A stretch of DNA of 64,000 nucleotides from Trichinella spiralis (Eukaryota). The notes below the pieces were generated by a model that saw only the letters and a list, made by a program, of their open reading frames with translations, was not told the origin of the DNA and did no database searches. The stretch covers positions 2,393,346-2,457,345 of the forward strand of contig NW_003526940.1 of NCBI RefSeq assembly GCF_000181795.1. Direction: 5' to 3'. The position numbers and the translations under genes were made by a program. Position 1 is the stretch's first letter, and every line of letters begins with the position of its first letter. Of the stretch, positions 1 to 12,700 are shown piece after piece.

Positions 1-105
1 CAGGGCAATTAGGAACAACGACTTGACGGCCCAAAAAAATATAACGCGGTCAACAACCAATAATAAAACGCGGTGAAAAGTGAGACCGAATTGGACCATC
101 CCAAC
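1..105 (+). repeat. Dispersed ~190-bp repeat family, copy truncated by the window start
   Basis: acaacgacttgacggcccaaaaaaat...caacaaccaataa...ggaccatccc aligns by eye with 4683-4760. Confidence 0.7.
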
Positions 106-259
106 GCTGTTTGACTCATTTTTATCAAATGTTTTTTGTATGGTATTATATGACATTTTCAAAACAAATTGCAGTTTTATGTTTTTAGAATTTAGGATAA
201 CATTTATAAAAGATGTTAAGGGGAAAATATTTTTAAAACGAATTGTTTCAGACAGTAAG

Positions 260-1450
260 AACTAATTTGAAACTTGATCATCACATAAAGGTGTGACGTA
301 GTAAGTTGCTGGAAAAGGAACGTTGTGTCGATCGGGTGCTTCATGCAATACGAAGCAATTGCTGTTGAGCGCAGTTCTTAAAATATTTGATCCATTGAGA
401 TGGTCATCACCATACATAACGTGAGTGAAGATCTTGGTACAACGAGTGTGGACAACAATCAAGCCAGCATGTGGAGTCACTGTCCAATCGAAGACAGCCC
501 CGCGGATATGTTGAGTAGTGGATGCTAGTTGAAGACATTGGAAGAAAAAACATTTTGATTTTTCGATTTGTTGATCTCTCAAAACCACGGTCATATTGAA
601 TGGTTGGATCTGCCACCGATGGATTATTACAGGCCAATGTGGCTCAGCTAACATTAACCATTAGCAAAAAATCGAGCTGGACTTTTACAAAGAATGAATG
701 GCATCAAGATGTAAGGCAATTTACAACATGATGAAAGAGCAACGGAGCGAGGATGCTAAAGAATTTCTAGTTCTAGTAATTGCTGTTACGCATGAATTGT
801 TCAGCTGTATGGAAATATCCCAGTGGGCTAGAGGCAGCATAGTCTTATCTACGATGAATGAAGCTGAGAAGCACCTCGCTAGTAAGCATATCTATGCTTA
901 TTTGCTCCAACTGTTCCAGGACGGCTCGCGGCATTCTATTCGAGCTACGCATATGTAATATGTGACTTAGTCCATTGCATTATGAAGGATGCATATCTGC
1001 AAACTGATGCAGTTTGTTTATTCCCAGCATATGACATATGGATGTCATTTCTAGACAGGCTGCAAGATTGCATAGGGCTCATAGCAGATCAGAGATACGT
1101 CACGCAAATAGAGGTACAAACTGCATAATGCAATGGACAAGTTGTGCAATGAGAAGGCATTGCATTGAAAATCAGAGATAAAGTGAAAATTCACTAATTT
1201 GAAGTTCATAGATCCACCTGATCTGTTGATAATACCGGAACATTCATGAAATCCATGATGATGATGATGAGAATTCCTCATACGGAAACCGAGCTGCCGA
1301 AGAACTGAAAAGAATTTGAAAAAAAGCAAACAAACAATACTGACATATGGAAGCGTTGGTAAAATGTGTATGGCGTGAATTTGTCGCAATGGAAGAAATG
1401 GAAGGCGGAACTGATTCGGTGAAAAATAAAATACAGTCTACTACTGACTT
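260..1450 (+). mobile_element. Degraded BEL/Pao LTR-retrotransposon pol fragment (RNase H / Peptidase_A17-like region)
   Basis: Manual translation from 350 gives TKQLLLSAVLKIFDPLRWSSPYIT*VKILVQRVW, matching the BEL/Pao 'TKRxxLSxxxxxFDPLGxxxPxxxxxKILxQxLW' motif. Multiple stops and frameshifts; boundaries approximate. Confidence 0.7.
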
Positions 1451-1499
1451 GAGCATTGAATATATCTACTCAAATATGTCAGTAACAGGAATATTGTTT

Positions 1500-1667
1500 A
1501 TGGGCCTAATTTTTATCGTGTTTTCTTACTGGTCGTTATTCTATTGAACATTCGTACCGTTGTGTTATTCGTTTTTCTTATCCAATTGTTGATTGGTTCA
1601 AACTTTTCAGTAGTTATTAGCTGCACTGTTTTTATATTTCATTATTTCCATTTACGATTACGTAACT
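1500..1667 (-). repeat. Dispersed ~190-bp repeat family, inverted copy
   Basis: The reverse complement begins agttacgtaatcgtaaatggaa...cagctaat...ttgaaccaatcaacaatt...acgaccagtaag...ggcccat, colinear with 4571-4760. Confidence 0.7.
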
Positions 1668-2326
1668 TAAATAGTTGTAACGTATCATTAGTAGTGAAAA
1701 ATGTTATTGAAGTTATGTTTATCAACATTTTGATAAGCTTTGTGAAAAATAACTAAGCGATGCATTTTTGAATAAATTGTTGTTATGTGATGTGAAGAGA
1801 AACGCGAACGATGTTTGACATAGGTATATGTGTGAAATCATGCGTAAAATTAAGTGAAATTGCGAGCTAACGCGCAACATTAGCATTAGTGCCATTTGTA
1901 ACCCGGAAATTAAAAGCGTTGCTACAACGCTTTCCAAATTTTTCAACAAATGATTCAGTATTTCTTATATTACACCCGGAAGTTAACATCCAATCTAAAT
2001 AAATTTCCGCAGGAAATAAATTTATTTTCCAACTGTTTATAGCAGATTTATATATCACGGAGGGAATATTGGTCATAGACCAAGAAAGAAAACAAAGGAA
2101 GAAGATGCAAATGCTCCCTGGACACCGCCTAATTTATATTCGCTTTTTCATTTCATTGNNNNNNNNNNCAGGGAAAATAGAATTTTATTTACCAAAACCT
2201 GTTAGAGGCCAGATTTATATATCAGGAGGGAAATCGATAATAGACCAATGAGAAATGTTTGCTGTTGGGTTTGCGATCAGTGCTTTTCGTTCTGAGTTAT
2301 TCAAATTATTTTGTATTCTGTTCCTT

Positions 2327-3775
2327 ATGGCTGATGTACCTGAGTTGCATCTTGTGCAAAATCGTTGCGGTGGTACGTCCCTTGTTTATGAAGGCGGGGC
2401 ATATAAATTAAAACGTGCCGGCAGACAAATATTGGAGGTGCTCGAAAGTATGTGCTAAATGTACAGTGTGTGTCCTTCGTTATTAAGGGTTAGTTTATTT
2501 TGGTATAGGATAAAGAGGGTTCTGGTGGTGCCGTATGGACCACCCTTGATGTGACAACGGTGATCAAGCGTAATGATTACATCGAAAGCTGAGCGGTGGA
2601 TGAACAGTTGGCGTACAATATGGAAAAGAGGGCGGTTTTGACAAAGCGCAGCGCGGAAGAAACAAAACCCATCCCGAATATTTATGACGAGGAAGCTTCC
2701 GCCGCGTCCGCCGAGCTATCCACATCTGGCTATTTTCTGCTCTTTAAACGAGTAAAGCCCAGATGTACAGGCACCGGGCAAAGCGATTCCCAAGCCTGCC
2801 CAATCATCGTCGGGACCTGCAAATCCCGGTCGCGTTAAGAACAACGAAGGCGGGTGATGATTTCTTATTGTGGCAGAGTGCATCGAGGCACATACTGGTC
2901 TTTGCTACGGGTTACAACATTGGACTGCTGGCAGCCAGTCGAACCTGGGGCATGGATGGTACATTCAAGATTGTACCTCAGTGGTGTCAACAGCTATTTA
3001 CCCTCCATGCCTTTGTGGCGGGCAAGCAAGTGCCAGCAGTCTATTGTTTATGTACAGGTTAAGATATTGGAACGTACGGGTATATTTTTCAAGCTTTAAT
3101 AGACAAAGCGGCAGTTCTGAAAGTCGACCTTAATCCAGATACCATTATCTGTGATTTTGAAACAGCCCTGATACCCGCGATTCAGGGCTACTTCCCGAAT
3201 ACGCGGGTACAGGGCTGCTGCTTCCACTTCTTCCAGGCAGTACATAGGAAAGTCGGTGAGCTGGGACTGAAAACACAATATCGAATGGAAGAAGGAACAA
3301 GAAGAAAGATAAGAATGCTCCTGGCCACCGCTTTCCTTCCTGTACCAGAAATTGATACGAGTGTTAGACTGCTTGAAACAGGCCCTACGGGTACTTTAGC
3401 CGCTCTATTCCTATACTTTCGGCAGGAGTGGATGACCGACGAGCGACTGCCGATTTGGATGCATGTTATGTAAATATCAGAACCAATAACCACTTGGAAG
3501 GTTGGCACAATCGGCTCAACAGAAAATCAGCTAAAAGTCATAACGGGTTATATGAACTGCTCCAGCTCCTGATAGCGGAACAGGGTGTGATGGACACCCT
3601 GATTCAGCAATTGCTATCAGGAAACGCTACCGTTGGTGACTTAAGACGGGTTAACAAGGTTTATGCTCAAAAGCAACGACAGGTTGCACGATATACGGGT
3701 GAATATACCAACGGTAGACGAACGCTACAGTAGTTCCTAGAAGCTTTAATGTATATAACGCCGGAGCCGATTTAA
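2327..3775 (+). mobile_element. Mutator/MULE transposase pseudogene (FLYWCH-like N-terminus + MULE DDE domain)
   Basis: Motifs MDGTFK, YCLCTG*DIGTY, ICDFETAL, GCCFHFFQAV, RTNNHLEGWHNRLN. In-frame stops (3060-3062, 3731-3733) and frameshifts. Flanked by N gaps, so TIRs cannot be resolved. Confidence 0.9.
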
Positions 3776-3794
3776 TGCCGCCTTCCAAGTGGTG

Positions 3795-3871
3795 GATTGT
3801 ATTTTATTGTGTTGTATTGTATTGTATTATATATTTATATATATAGTATTGTATTGTATTGTATTGTATTG
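3795..3871. repeat. (TATTG)n microsatellite
   Basis: Tandem gtatt units directly visible. Confidence 0.85.
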
Positions 3872-4570
3872 CATTATTTACTTTCTTGCTATTTCGTTGT
3901 TGCCATTTTGTTAATGCCGTTCACTGTTGTTTTTTGTTGTTGTTGGCTGTTATTGTTCTTGAAATTGAAAACTTGAATAGTTTTCTAAATTTTCATTACT
4001 AAACGAATTTTCTGTTTTCTGTTAGTAAAATGAAAAACCTTGTTCTGTGCGCCTGGGGGAAGGAAACGACATCAATCTATATGAAGAAAGCTAACTAAAC
4101 CAGTGTATAATGTTTCTAATTAAGGCACTTGTATGTAATCATTTTCCTGCTTTTACTATAANNNNNNNNNNGAATCGTAGGGTATGGTATGGTATGGCAT
4201 TATTTACTTTCTGCTAATTCGCTGTGACCATTTATTAATGCCGTTCAATGTTGGTTTCTGATGATATTGGCAGTTTATTGTTCCCGCTGTAGCTGTAAAT
4301 AGTGAATAATAATAATCACTCTTTAACATATTTTTATCATTGTTTGTACGAAGTAGAAAAGTAGCATTTTAATAGAAGGACCATTTAAAAACAAAGAATA
4401 AAGTCTAATGATAAAAATTTTAGATCAAATGTTACATAATGTAAAAAAAATAGAGTTCAATGAAATTAATATTATCCAGTAATCATAATTTCAGTGAATG
4501 ACGAAACTTCAAACAGACACAATAAAATTTTGGAATATTACCATTTTTTATGTTACGTCAGTACTATTAC

Positions 4571-4760
4571 AGTTACGTAATCCTAAATGGAATATTTGAA
4601 CCAATGAAATGAAAAAATATTACAGCTAATCACAAGGGAAAGATTTGAATCAATGAGCAATTAGACAAGGAAAACCCATAAGACAACGACTTTGCGGCCC
4701 AAAAAAATTGCGCGCTCAACGACCAATAAGAGTAGAGTGGGACAGGGTTGGCCCATCCCC
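4571..4760 (+). repeat. Dispersed ~190-bp repeat family copy (probable TIR/MITE-derived)
   Basis: Homologous to 1-105, 1500-1667 (inverted) and 27320-27420. Confidence 0.7.
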
Positions 4761-5358
4761 CTCCAAAATTCTTTCGTAACAGCAGTATTGCTATCCTCAT
4801 TGGACAGAAAGAAATGTAGAAATGCTAGCCAATGATTCCATTGGCATGGATTGAGGGTGAGCAAAGACTTTTGTATGTGGTGTACATGCTGTGATTATTA
4901 TCAGGCCTGAAAAGATGAAACTGCAGCCAGCGGCGGGGCAGAATAGACGTGAAACACTTTAAAAACAGAAGTACTGCACAGTTTAAATGGTATACATTTT
5001 TATCGAATAAAGTGGTCAATTTCTAGGACAGGTCGTTTTCTGTAATAGTAAAGAAGGGCAGGAAACCTTGAACAGGCTTGATTAACAAAAGTGAGGACAT
5101 TGTCAAGCTTATTGCATTATTTCCTGTTCTCCCAACACACGGTCTGTCCCCGGCATACTGAACAACTGGCCGAATAAGTTGGCGAGTTTTGACGTTGGAC
5201 AACGCCCCGGACTGATGCTGCTGCGCGTCACGTCCATGCGCTGGATGCTCCAGGAGATGGATGGTCGCAACGCAAAATTTTTCACGATTACGACAGAGAT
5301 TGCAATTGAAAAATGCATAATGATGCCTGATGATGACCAGACAGAATGAGAAAATTAC

Positions 5359-6136
5359 TGTTCCGTACGGAACGTCACCGACCCCGTCGGCGTGACCCCA
5401 CCCGCGCTGATGGTGCCCAACGGTCGCGGACGGAGGAAGACCAATACCCGCGCACCGTTGGACAGATCGTTATCTCGGCTTTGGCGGCCCCGGTACGGGG
5501 TCGGAAAGACCCCTGTGCTGACGTTGATGGATGACCGTTGCGCGCCTGACGACGGCTGTTTACGCCATTGCGCCAGTTGTGCGTCAATAAAGTATTTGAA
5601 GAAGCCGCCAGATGGACGAGCACGCCAAATGACCATCGCTAGATCCAAGAGGCCGAAAGCATAACAGCTAAACCGGAAGTCGACGGTGATTTAGATCAGC
5701 TCCATAGATAGCCAGCTCCCTGCTTTGAGTGAGCCGCTCATTGGCTGCCCGAGCTCTATATATTTGGCTACAAACGCGCGCCGAAAAAGATAATCCGGTG
5801 GAAGTTGCCGAAGTTAGTCGAACTCATTGTTTTGCGTAACTATCGATTCTCGTGCTGTCTTTTGGTCCTGTTGTATCTATTGATTATCCGTTCGCTCCTG
5901 TCGACGGAGTACGTCCATCTGATTATTCGTAGTCGAATAAAACGAACGTATATTCGTTTGTGTGTTTTGATCTGCTTGCATTTTTACCTTACGCGACCTT
6001 CTTCTTGACTTCCCACATTCGGTTGGCCAAGGAGAATCTACATCATACAGTCCACTCTCATTTGCCTGACGAACGAACGTCTGGCAACTTGTACTTGAGC
6101 ATCGCAGGCGTACAGAACCCTCCTACGGTTCTTACA
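5359..6136 (+). mobile_element. Probable solo LTR (778 bp) with 5-bp TSD ATTAC
   Basis: Starts TGT, ends ACA. ATTAC at 5354-5358 and 6137-6141. GC-rich relative to the window, with a TATA-like ctctatatat (~5755) and AATAAA (5936). Confidence 0.55.
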
Positions 6137-6361
6137 ATTACAATCTACTGCTACTTACGCATCACTAGACGAATTCGTCATCTGCGATTCTCTTTTATAC
6201 GGATAAAATTTTGTATATTTTTTCTTATATTAATTTTTAACAAATAAATATTTTTACATTCAAATGAACTTATTTCTCAAAATGCTACAATAATGTAATG
6301 ATTAAAAAGAACTAATTTACTGTATACAGGAGAGTTTGTGCTGACTTAAAGGAGAAAGAAC

Positions 6362-7111
6362 ATGTTGATGCAACAATTAACTAGAAGTTAGTTTTTATTT
6401 TTTAGCATGAAGATTATGAATTCAAATAAATAAATGTTTTATACAATTTAGACATGAGTTACAGAGCAAGAATGCGTTTATTTAATAAACAACATCCAGT
6501 TTGGTTTGTTAAATGTATGAGAAGGATAAAAAAACTGAAACCTGAAACCTTTTTTGAAGAATATTTAGGCATGAAATATTCGGATCCACGTTCATATTCA
6601 GAATTTAAGAAGTAAATGTAAATCGAACTTTTCATTTCCGTTAAAATAATGCATTTATCAATTTCAGAAAACTGTCCAACCTTCAGTTTATTGAAGGTCA
6701 GGCAGTGTGTGGTATTCAAAACGTGAAACGAATTTTGCTTTCCGACAGCATTCAAGTGAATCAGCTGTATCTTGCCTTAAAATGTAATTCGGAACAGAAT
6801 CCCAACGAAGCAGCCATAAATGAATTGATTGCTTTGGCTAAACGACAGCTCATTGAAATACATGTCCTCTCAAGCGGTATGATAACTAAGATTTCTGGCA
6901 GTGCAGATCATGAGGTAATTATACTATACGCCATTTGTGGCAAATTTTGTTACCTGAACTGTAGTAAATAAAATAGAAATTTACTTCAAAACAGCTGCAT
7001 TATTTTGTTTGCATCACTAATTACATTTTCCAATTTTAGGGAGTTTGTGCAGATGTAACTATGCTTCCAGCAAGAGATGGGGTCACTTTACAAAGTGAGA
7101 CTGCTTCGTGA
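6362..7111 (+). CDS. MRM1-like protein: SpoU substrate-binding domain only, with a mitochondrial-type N-terminus (exons 6362-6386, 6452-6611, 6668-6914, 7040-7111)
   Basis: GT-AG introns join in frame: MLMQQLTRNMSYRARMRLF...AVCGIQNVKRILL...LIALAKRQLIEIHVLS...SADHEGVCADV. This resembles the SpoU_sub_bind domain (HQGV-type motif). Stops at TGA 7109-7111. Confidence 0.6.
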
Positions 7112-7889
7112 TCATTTTGCTTATTGTAATTCAGTTATTACTTTTTAAATCCATTTTTATAAGTTACTGTAAATAATGTATTGTAATATAAGCAATAAAA
7201 TGCTGTGCTGTAATGGATGTTACGGTTGAAAACAAATAACTTATAATATGGTGTCTGCTAATGATTTTTAGATTGTTAAATTTCGTAACGACTGTGATTG
7301 AAAATGTTATCGCTGGAATCATGGAAAACCTTTTACCTTCGCTGCATAAATACAAATAGAGTGCTGCAGCAAAGTGAAATTCATTGTTGCACAATAAAAG
7401 GAAAGACATGTTACACAATAATGACCTTGATATATATATATATGTATATGTATATGTTAATTTAATGACAGGATTGTTATTGTCTGTTAAACTGGTAATG
7501 TAAAAAAGAATGCATATTGTGTTAGCTTTATAAAATGTTTTAGTGAAAAATGTAAATTGATGCTTTCCCATTCATTGTTTTATTTATTTGAAAAAGAATT
7601 ATCAAATAAATGCGTATGATTTAATTAATTAATTTCATACATTAAGTGATGAAAGTACTACTTAATTTCAAAAATAATAAACATAATTTTTTATAGTGCT
7701 ATTAAAATAAATTAAGTATTAAAGTTATTTACTGTACAGTGCAAATGATTTTATTTACGGTAACTTGATTTTCATTGACTGTAGTACAAAACGCTAATGA
7801 AATAATGTACATGCAGAACATTTGGGAATTATATTTTATTTTATAATATTACTATTGTATTTTTTGTTGAATCCTACGACTAATTAATT

Positions 7890-9345
7890 ATGGTAAGGAC
7901 TCATATATTTGAATATGCACAATACTGTAATTTTATTCTATTGGAGTGTTTGTTTTGTTTCATTTGCATTTGCTAAGGCTGTTTGTTAATGTTGACTTTA
8001 TGCAATCCACTTAATATGTGAATAATTTACTTTTCAGTGTTTTAATCTATCTTTTTAAAATGTTTGTTTAACAAAGAATTGGTTGGCAAAATTTGTTTAT
8101 ACTTATTTTTAGTTTGTTTACAGTTTTTCGACGTTAATCCATCTTATTAAAGTATTTTGTTGTTGTTTGTATTTTTTAAATAATGCTTACTTGGCTTTAA
8201 AATTATGAATGATTTTATTGCAAAACCTTTATTAAAGCTTGAGTTTAAAATTTGTATTAGAAACAGAGAAATCATATATATATATATATATATATATATG
8301 TTCGAAACTTGCATCTTTTCAAGTTTTGCAGCATTTAACGGCATTGACAGTTGTGACATTTATATATTTACTATTTATTCAGAAATGCAGAAATTGTTTC
8401 AATTGTTATTCTCTTTAATTTTAGCAGAGAATGATAACAAAAATAATATAATTTCAGAATAATGTAAAAGATTAACGATTGATGCACTTTTTTGGCAAAG
8501 CCCATGTTGTCAGTAGTTTGTTTGTGAATTGTTTGGCTTTTATTAGTTTATGCATTTGATGAAAATGTTAACAAATTCTAAGAAAATAAGAACAATATAT
8601 ATATATATGACGTGTATTACTTTTTGTAATGATTATTTTTTTGAAATTAAAATTCGTTTTTTAGTTGGTGCTGGTGCTTGGCGATGCGCATATTCCTCAT
8701 CGATGCGCTGCATTGCCAAAACAGTTTCGCAGAATGTTGCTGCCGAACAAAATTCAACACATTCTCTGTACTGGAAATTTGTGTACAAAAGAGCAGTTTG
8801 ATTTTTTGAAAAGTTTAGCCAGCGACGTGCATGTTGTGAAAGGTGACTTCGACGAGGTGAACTAAGATGCATGCACACAGCTTGTTTGTTGTTCACTGTA
8901 ATATTTTTCAATTGTTAAAATTTTCATTGATCAGGACTCTGATAATCAAGAGACGAAAGTTGTAACCGTTGGACAGTTCCGTATTGGCCTTTGCCATGGT
9001 CATCAGCTGGTTCCGTGGGGTGATTTTCAAGTGATTGAGATGCTCAGGAGAAAATTAAACGTTGATATCATGATCACCGGCAATACTCACAAATTGGAAA
9101 CTTACGAACGCGACGGTATATATTACATAAATCCTGGTTCCATAACTGGCGCATTCACTCCGTTAGAGCCGTAAGTTTTATTTGCAATTTTTATTCATAT
9201 CAGATCACAGTAGTGCACGTTTTGTAGAAATGTGACGCCATCGTTCGTTTTACTTGACGTTCAACAGGCTATCGTTACAATTTACATTTACAAACTGATA
9301 AATGACGAAGTTAAAGTTGAAAAAACGCAATACAAAAAGACGTGA
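7890..9345 (+). CDS. VPS29: Retromer subunit VPS29 (ATG-only coding exon 7890-7892; exons 8665-8856, 8935-9170, 9228-9345)
   Basis: [13 protein letters not shown]...ILCTGNLC...VKGDFD...[14 protein letters not shown]...[10 protein letters not shown] are hallmark VPS29 motifs. The ATG|GTAAG first exon is inferred. Confidence 0.95.
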
Positions 9346-9769
9346 AAAATTTTCCTTTCCATTTAACGATAAGCTAACTTTTGGCATTTATTGTGCAATT
9401 TTTCTGATAATTTTTCAATAAAAAAGATCGTGGAGAAAATTCAAGAATTTGATCTTTTTTCAATATGAAACAAAAAAATATGACTTCTTCAATTCACTTT
9501 AAAATGAAAAAAAGAAAAATCAATTTTATTAGGCAAAAATGAATTTCAAGAATATTTTCAAACAAACAGCATGTAATTAAACCGGCACAGTAAACATATA
9601 ATAAACGTGAGGCGAATTATTTGATATTGCTATTACAAACACCACCGAACAGGATGAAGTGATTCAAAGGTATGGGAAAAATTTCTTCAATCACGACGAC
9701 AACTTCTTTTAATATTTGTTAATTAATAACAGAAAGAAACAAATATATAAATATGATTAAAAAATTGAT

Positions 9770-12700
9770 TTAAGCTTGCAAAATTGTCACAAATGCTTGA
9801 TTGATGCTATCAACCACGACGGTGTTCCGTGATTTCAGCGACAGCTAAAGTTTATCAAAAAGAAAAAGCTGCACAATTAATTCAATTTATTTCATTTAAA
9901 AAACAAACTTCACTTACGGTCATTGAAGAATTATTCGGTTGTAACTTCAATTCGGATAGCACCCATATGCCGTTGGTTAATTTCATCGAATGGTACAAAA
10001 GTTCTTGACTTTCAACATTTCTTCTGGCCACTGTGTAGACGTTGTTCTGTTCCAATTTTGTACATATGCCATCTGAAAATAAATCGACATTTTACAAAAG
10101 TCGAATAAGAAACATTTCACGCCTACCTGGAGAAAGTGCTTTAACATTTTCTATATTGTATTGTACTTCATTTTCTGCAGGTATATCTTTCCAAGCTTGC
10201 AAAAATAATCTTTTATCCATTTGGCCATCATCCGCAAACAGTACATAAATTGGTATGATACAGGAAAAATAAAAAATATCTATATCATTCTTGACGGCAA
10301 TCTGTAAAATAATAAATTTTTCTTTTTAGTAACGCGTACATTAAGATGCGTATTAAATATTAAAAAAAAAAATATATATATACTTGCAGAACCATCAATG
10401 GATCCATTTTTTGAACTGGACCACTACAGTTTAACAATAAACTGGTGTTTACACTTTGATTCGGAAATAAAGGACTCTGTACTTGCAGTGGTTCAGCTGG
10501 AGCCAAGCCAAAGCTAATTTTTTTAAAAAAGAATATTTAAATAAACTGTAATTAAAAACGAACGCTTACCTATTTTTGTTGAATTGTATGGCAAAGCCCC
10601 TCAACGGTTGCATTGATCGATTGGTAAATGTCAAATCCATGTAAATCTTTTGATTTCGCCTGGCAAAAGTGCCACTAATTTCCATACCTTTACCACTTGT
10701 TGCCATAAGCCATACCTGAACAATGAATAATTCAAAAAATAACAACAAAACAACAACAACACTCGGGTTGGTTCACTTGTTTCGGCGCAACGTGAGAACT
10801 GCTTGTCAAAGGTTGGCCAAAAATGTCGCCTAATATACCATGGAAACCAGATGAAGAATTGCTTTCCAACCCTGGCGGAGCTAAATTTGAAGCTGCTGCT
10901 GTTGGAGCCGTTGGTGCGAAATTATTCACCGAACCAAGCTAAAGAATAATCAAATGAATCATCATACATCAAGAACAAAAAATCAAATGAAACAAGATGA
11001 TGAAGAAAACAACTCACCAGACCATCGGAACCAAGTCCAAGCAAATCGTCCAGTGCATTGGACATTGGTGCTTGCCCATAGCCGGATTGATATTGCGGTT
11101 CCGCAGAGCCGCTCAGATCCAAATTAAGTAGATCCGCGACGAGCGAATCCTGCGCCGGTATAACACGAGGCTTGTCGTCAAGTTGGTCGATAAGCATGTT
11201 CGGGGTAGCATTTGCTCCCATTCCATCGCTAAACGCAAATAATGAACAAACCATACGCGCGTCGATTAAAAAGTTGAAATAAAATTTGCAAAAGCAAACG
11301 CGCTTACACAGCTTGCCCTGATGTAGCTCTACGAGACACTTGATTGCTGTCCAGAAACACCGCTGGCGGTTTGTGATAAACAGAAGCCAACGAGCCTATG
11401 TGACAGATCAGTTCGTCAAGCAGTGTCGGTTCTAATAAATCGGTCTCTTCAGATATGAGTGGCTTTTCAGACAAGACCACCTCCTTTGCTGTGACAGGGT
11501 CGGCTGACAACAATCTCCAATAAATGTAACCTCGATCACGCAAGTCTGGATTATCACTATCCTGAAATCAAAGCAAACAAAAAAACAGCATTTATTTCAT
11601 TTAAAATATTTTTACGAAAAATTAGAAAATAATTTACCTGTGTAGCAAGACTGAGAACACGTTGAACAAGCTGCTGAGTATCGGCTGGTCGTTTCAAGAA
11701 TAGTTTCACAATAGCCGTTAAAAGTTGCAATTGGACTTGAGTATTTTCATCGGCAAAACCTTCCAAAAACGATTCCAACAGCTCGTCCGCATTGTCGATT
11801 CGTTCCGCATATTCGCCAATTATCCATATCATCGAGGCCCTTCATTTCAAAAATATTTTCTCTCCATTAATAAAAAGCAAAACAACTGCCTAAAATACTG
11901 TAATCAAATACTTCGCTTCCGGCTCGTCGAGAGTATCCAAATTTTCGCACAATGTCGAAATGATGCTTTCATATTTGTTCGGATATTTTCTAAATATATC
12001 CTGCAGAAAGACATAAATGAAATTGACACCAGACAAATAAATAGATTATAAATAAATTATTATTGAAGAATTTTTGTTATTTAAAAAATAATTGTAGAAA
12101 AAAAATGTCCAACTTTTATAACTACAACTGCTTCTTGAACAACATAGTTGACTTTAGTTTGAATCAAATCAAGCAAAGTCTGCACACAACGCTCGGCCGA
12201 CGTTTCCACTTTAATTGCGCAACGTCCAATGGCACGAACCGACTTGCGTACAAAGTCTACATCTACTTCAGTTGCGTATCTACAATAAACAAAAATTGCA
12301 CATTTGCATAAGGAAAAATAAATTGAATGGAAAAATCTTGAACATACTCTTTCAATTCTGCCAACACTTGGGCAATATTTGCGTGCGATGCTAAACGAAT
12401 CATGATGTCCAACTTTTCCATTTTTACATAAATTGGATCGTTGTATTTAACAAAAAATACTTTCATCTCATGTTTCAAAATATCAGGCCTACGTGAATGC
12501 ATGAAAGAACTTTTATAGCATTTTCAAAATTTGTTAAAATAAACAACAACAACAACAAATACCTCTTCTGTACGATCAAATTAATATTCCGTAAAGCGAC
12601 GTATTGTATTTCAGGCTCGGCGGATAGAAGTGTCACAAGCGGTGGAGCCATCTTTTTCACCAGCATATTTACAAAATCAGTGTCGGAAACGATTGCTTTC

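Noticed and set aside
1391..1948. Possible polypurine tract and 3' LTR for the first BEL fragment (ends ...ttcaaca)
   Set aside because: No matching LTR or TSD is visible, and the interval is partly explained by the inverted dispersed repeat.
1990..2158. Second copy of the MULE 5' sequence (agatttatatatca...agggaa...atagacca) before the first gap
   Set aside because: Error-rich direct copy of 2169-2255 abutting the N gap; most likely a low-quality contig-end overlap, not a TIR or real duplication.
4172..4290. Apparent repeat of 3850-3960 after the second gap
   Set aside because: Same pattern of degraded overlap at a contig end.
5109..5664. Several overlapping GC-rich ORFs on both strands
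   Set aside because: No recognisable domain; expected by chance in GC-rich LTR-type sequence.
7111..7890. Operon link between the MRM1-like gene and VPS29
   Set aside because: The spacer is ~780 bp with several AATAAA and only weak acceptors; not diagnostic.
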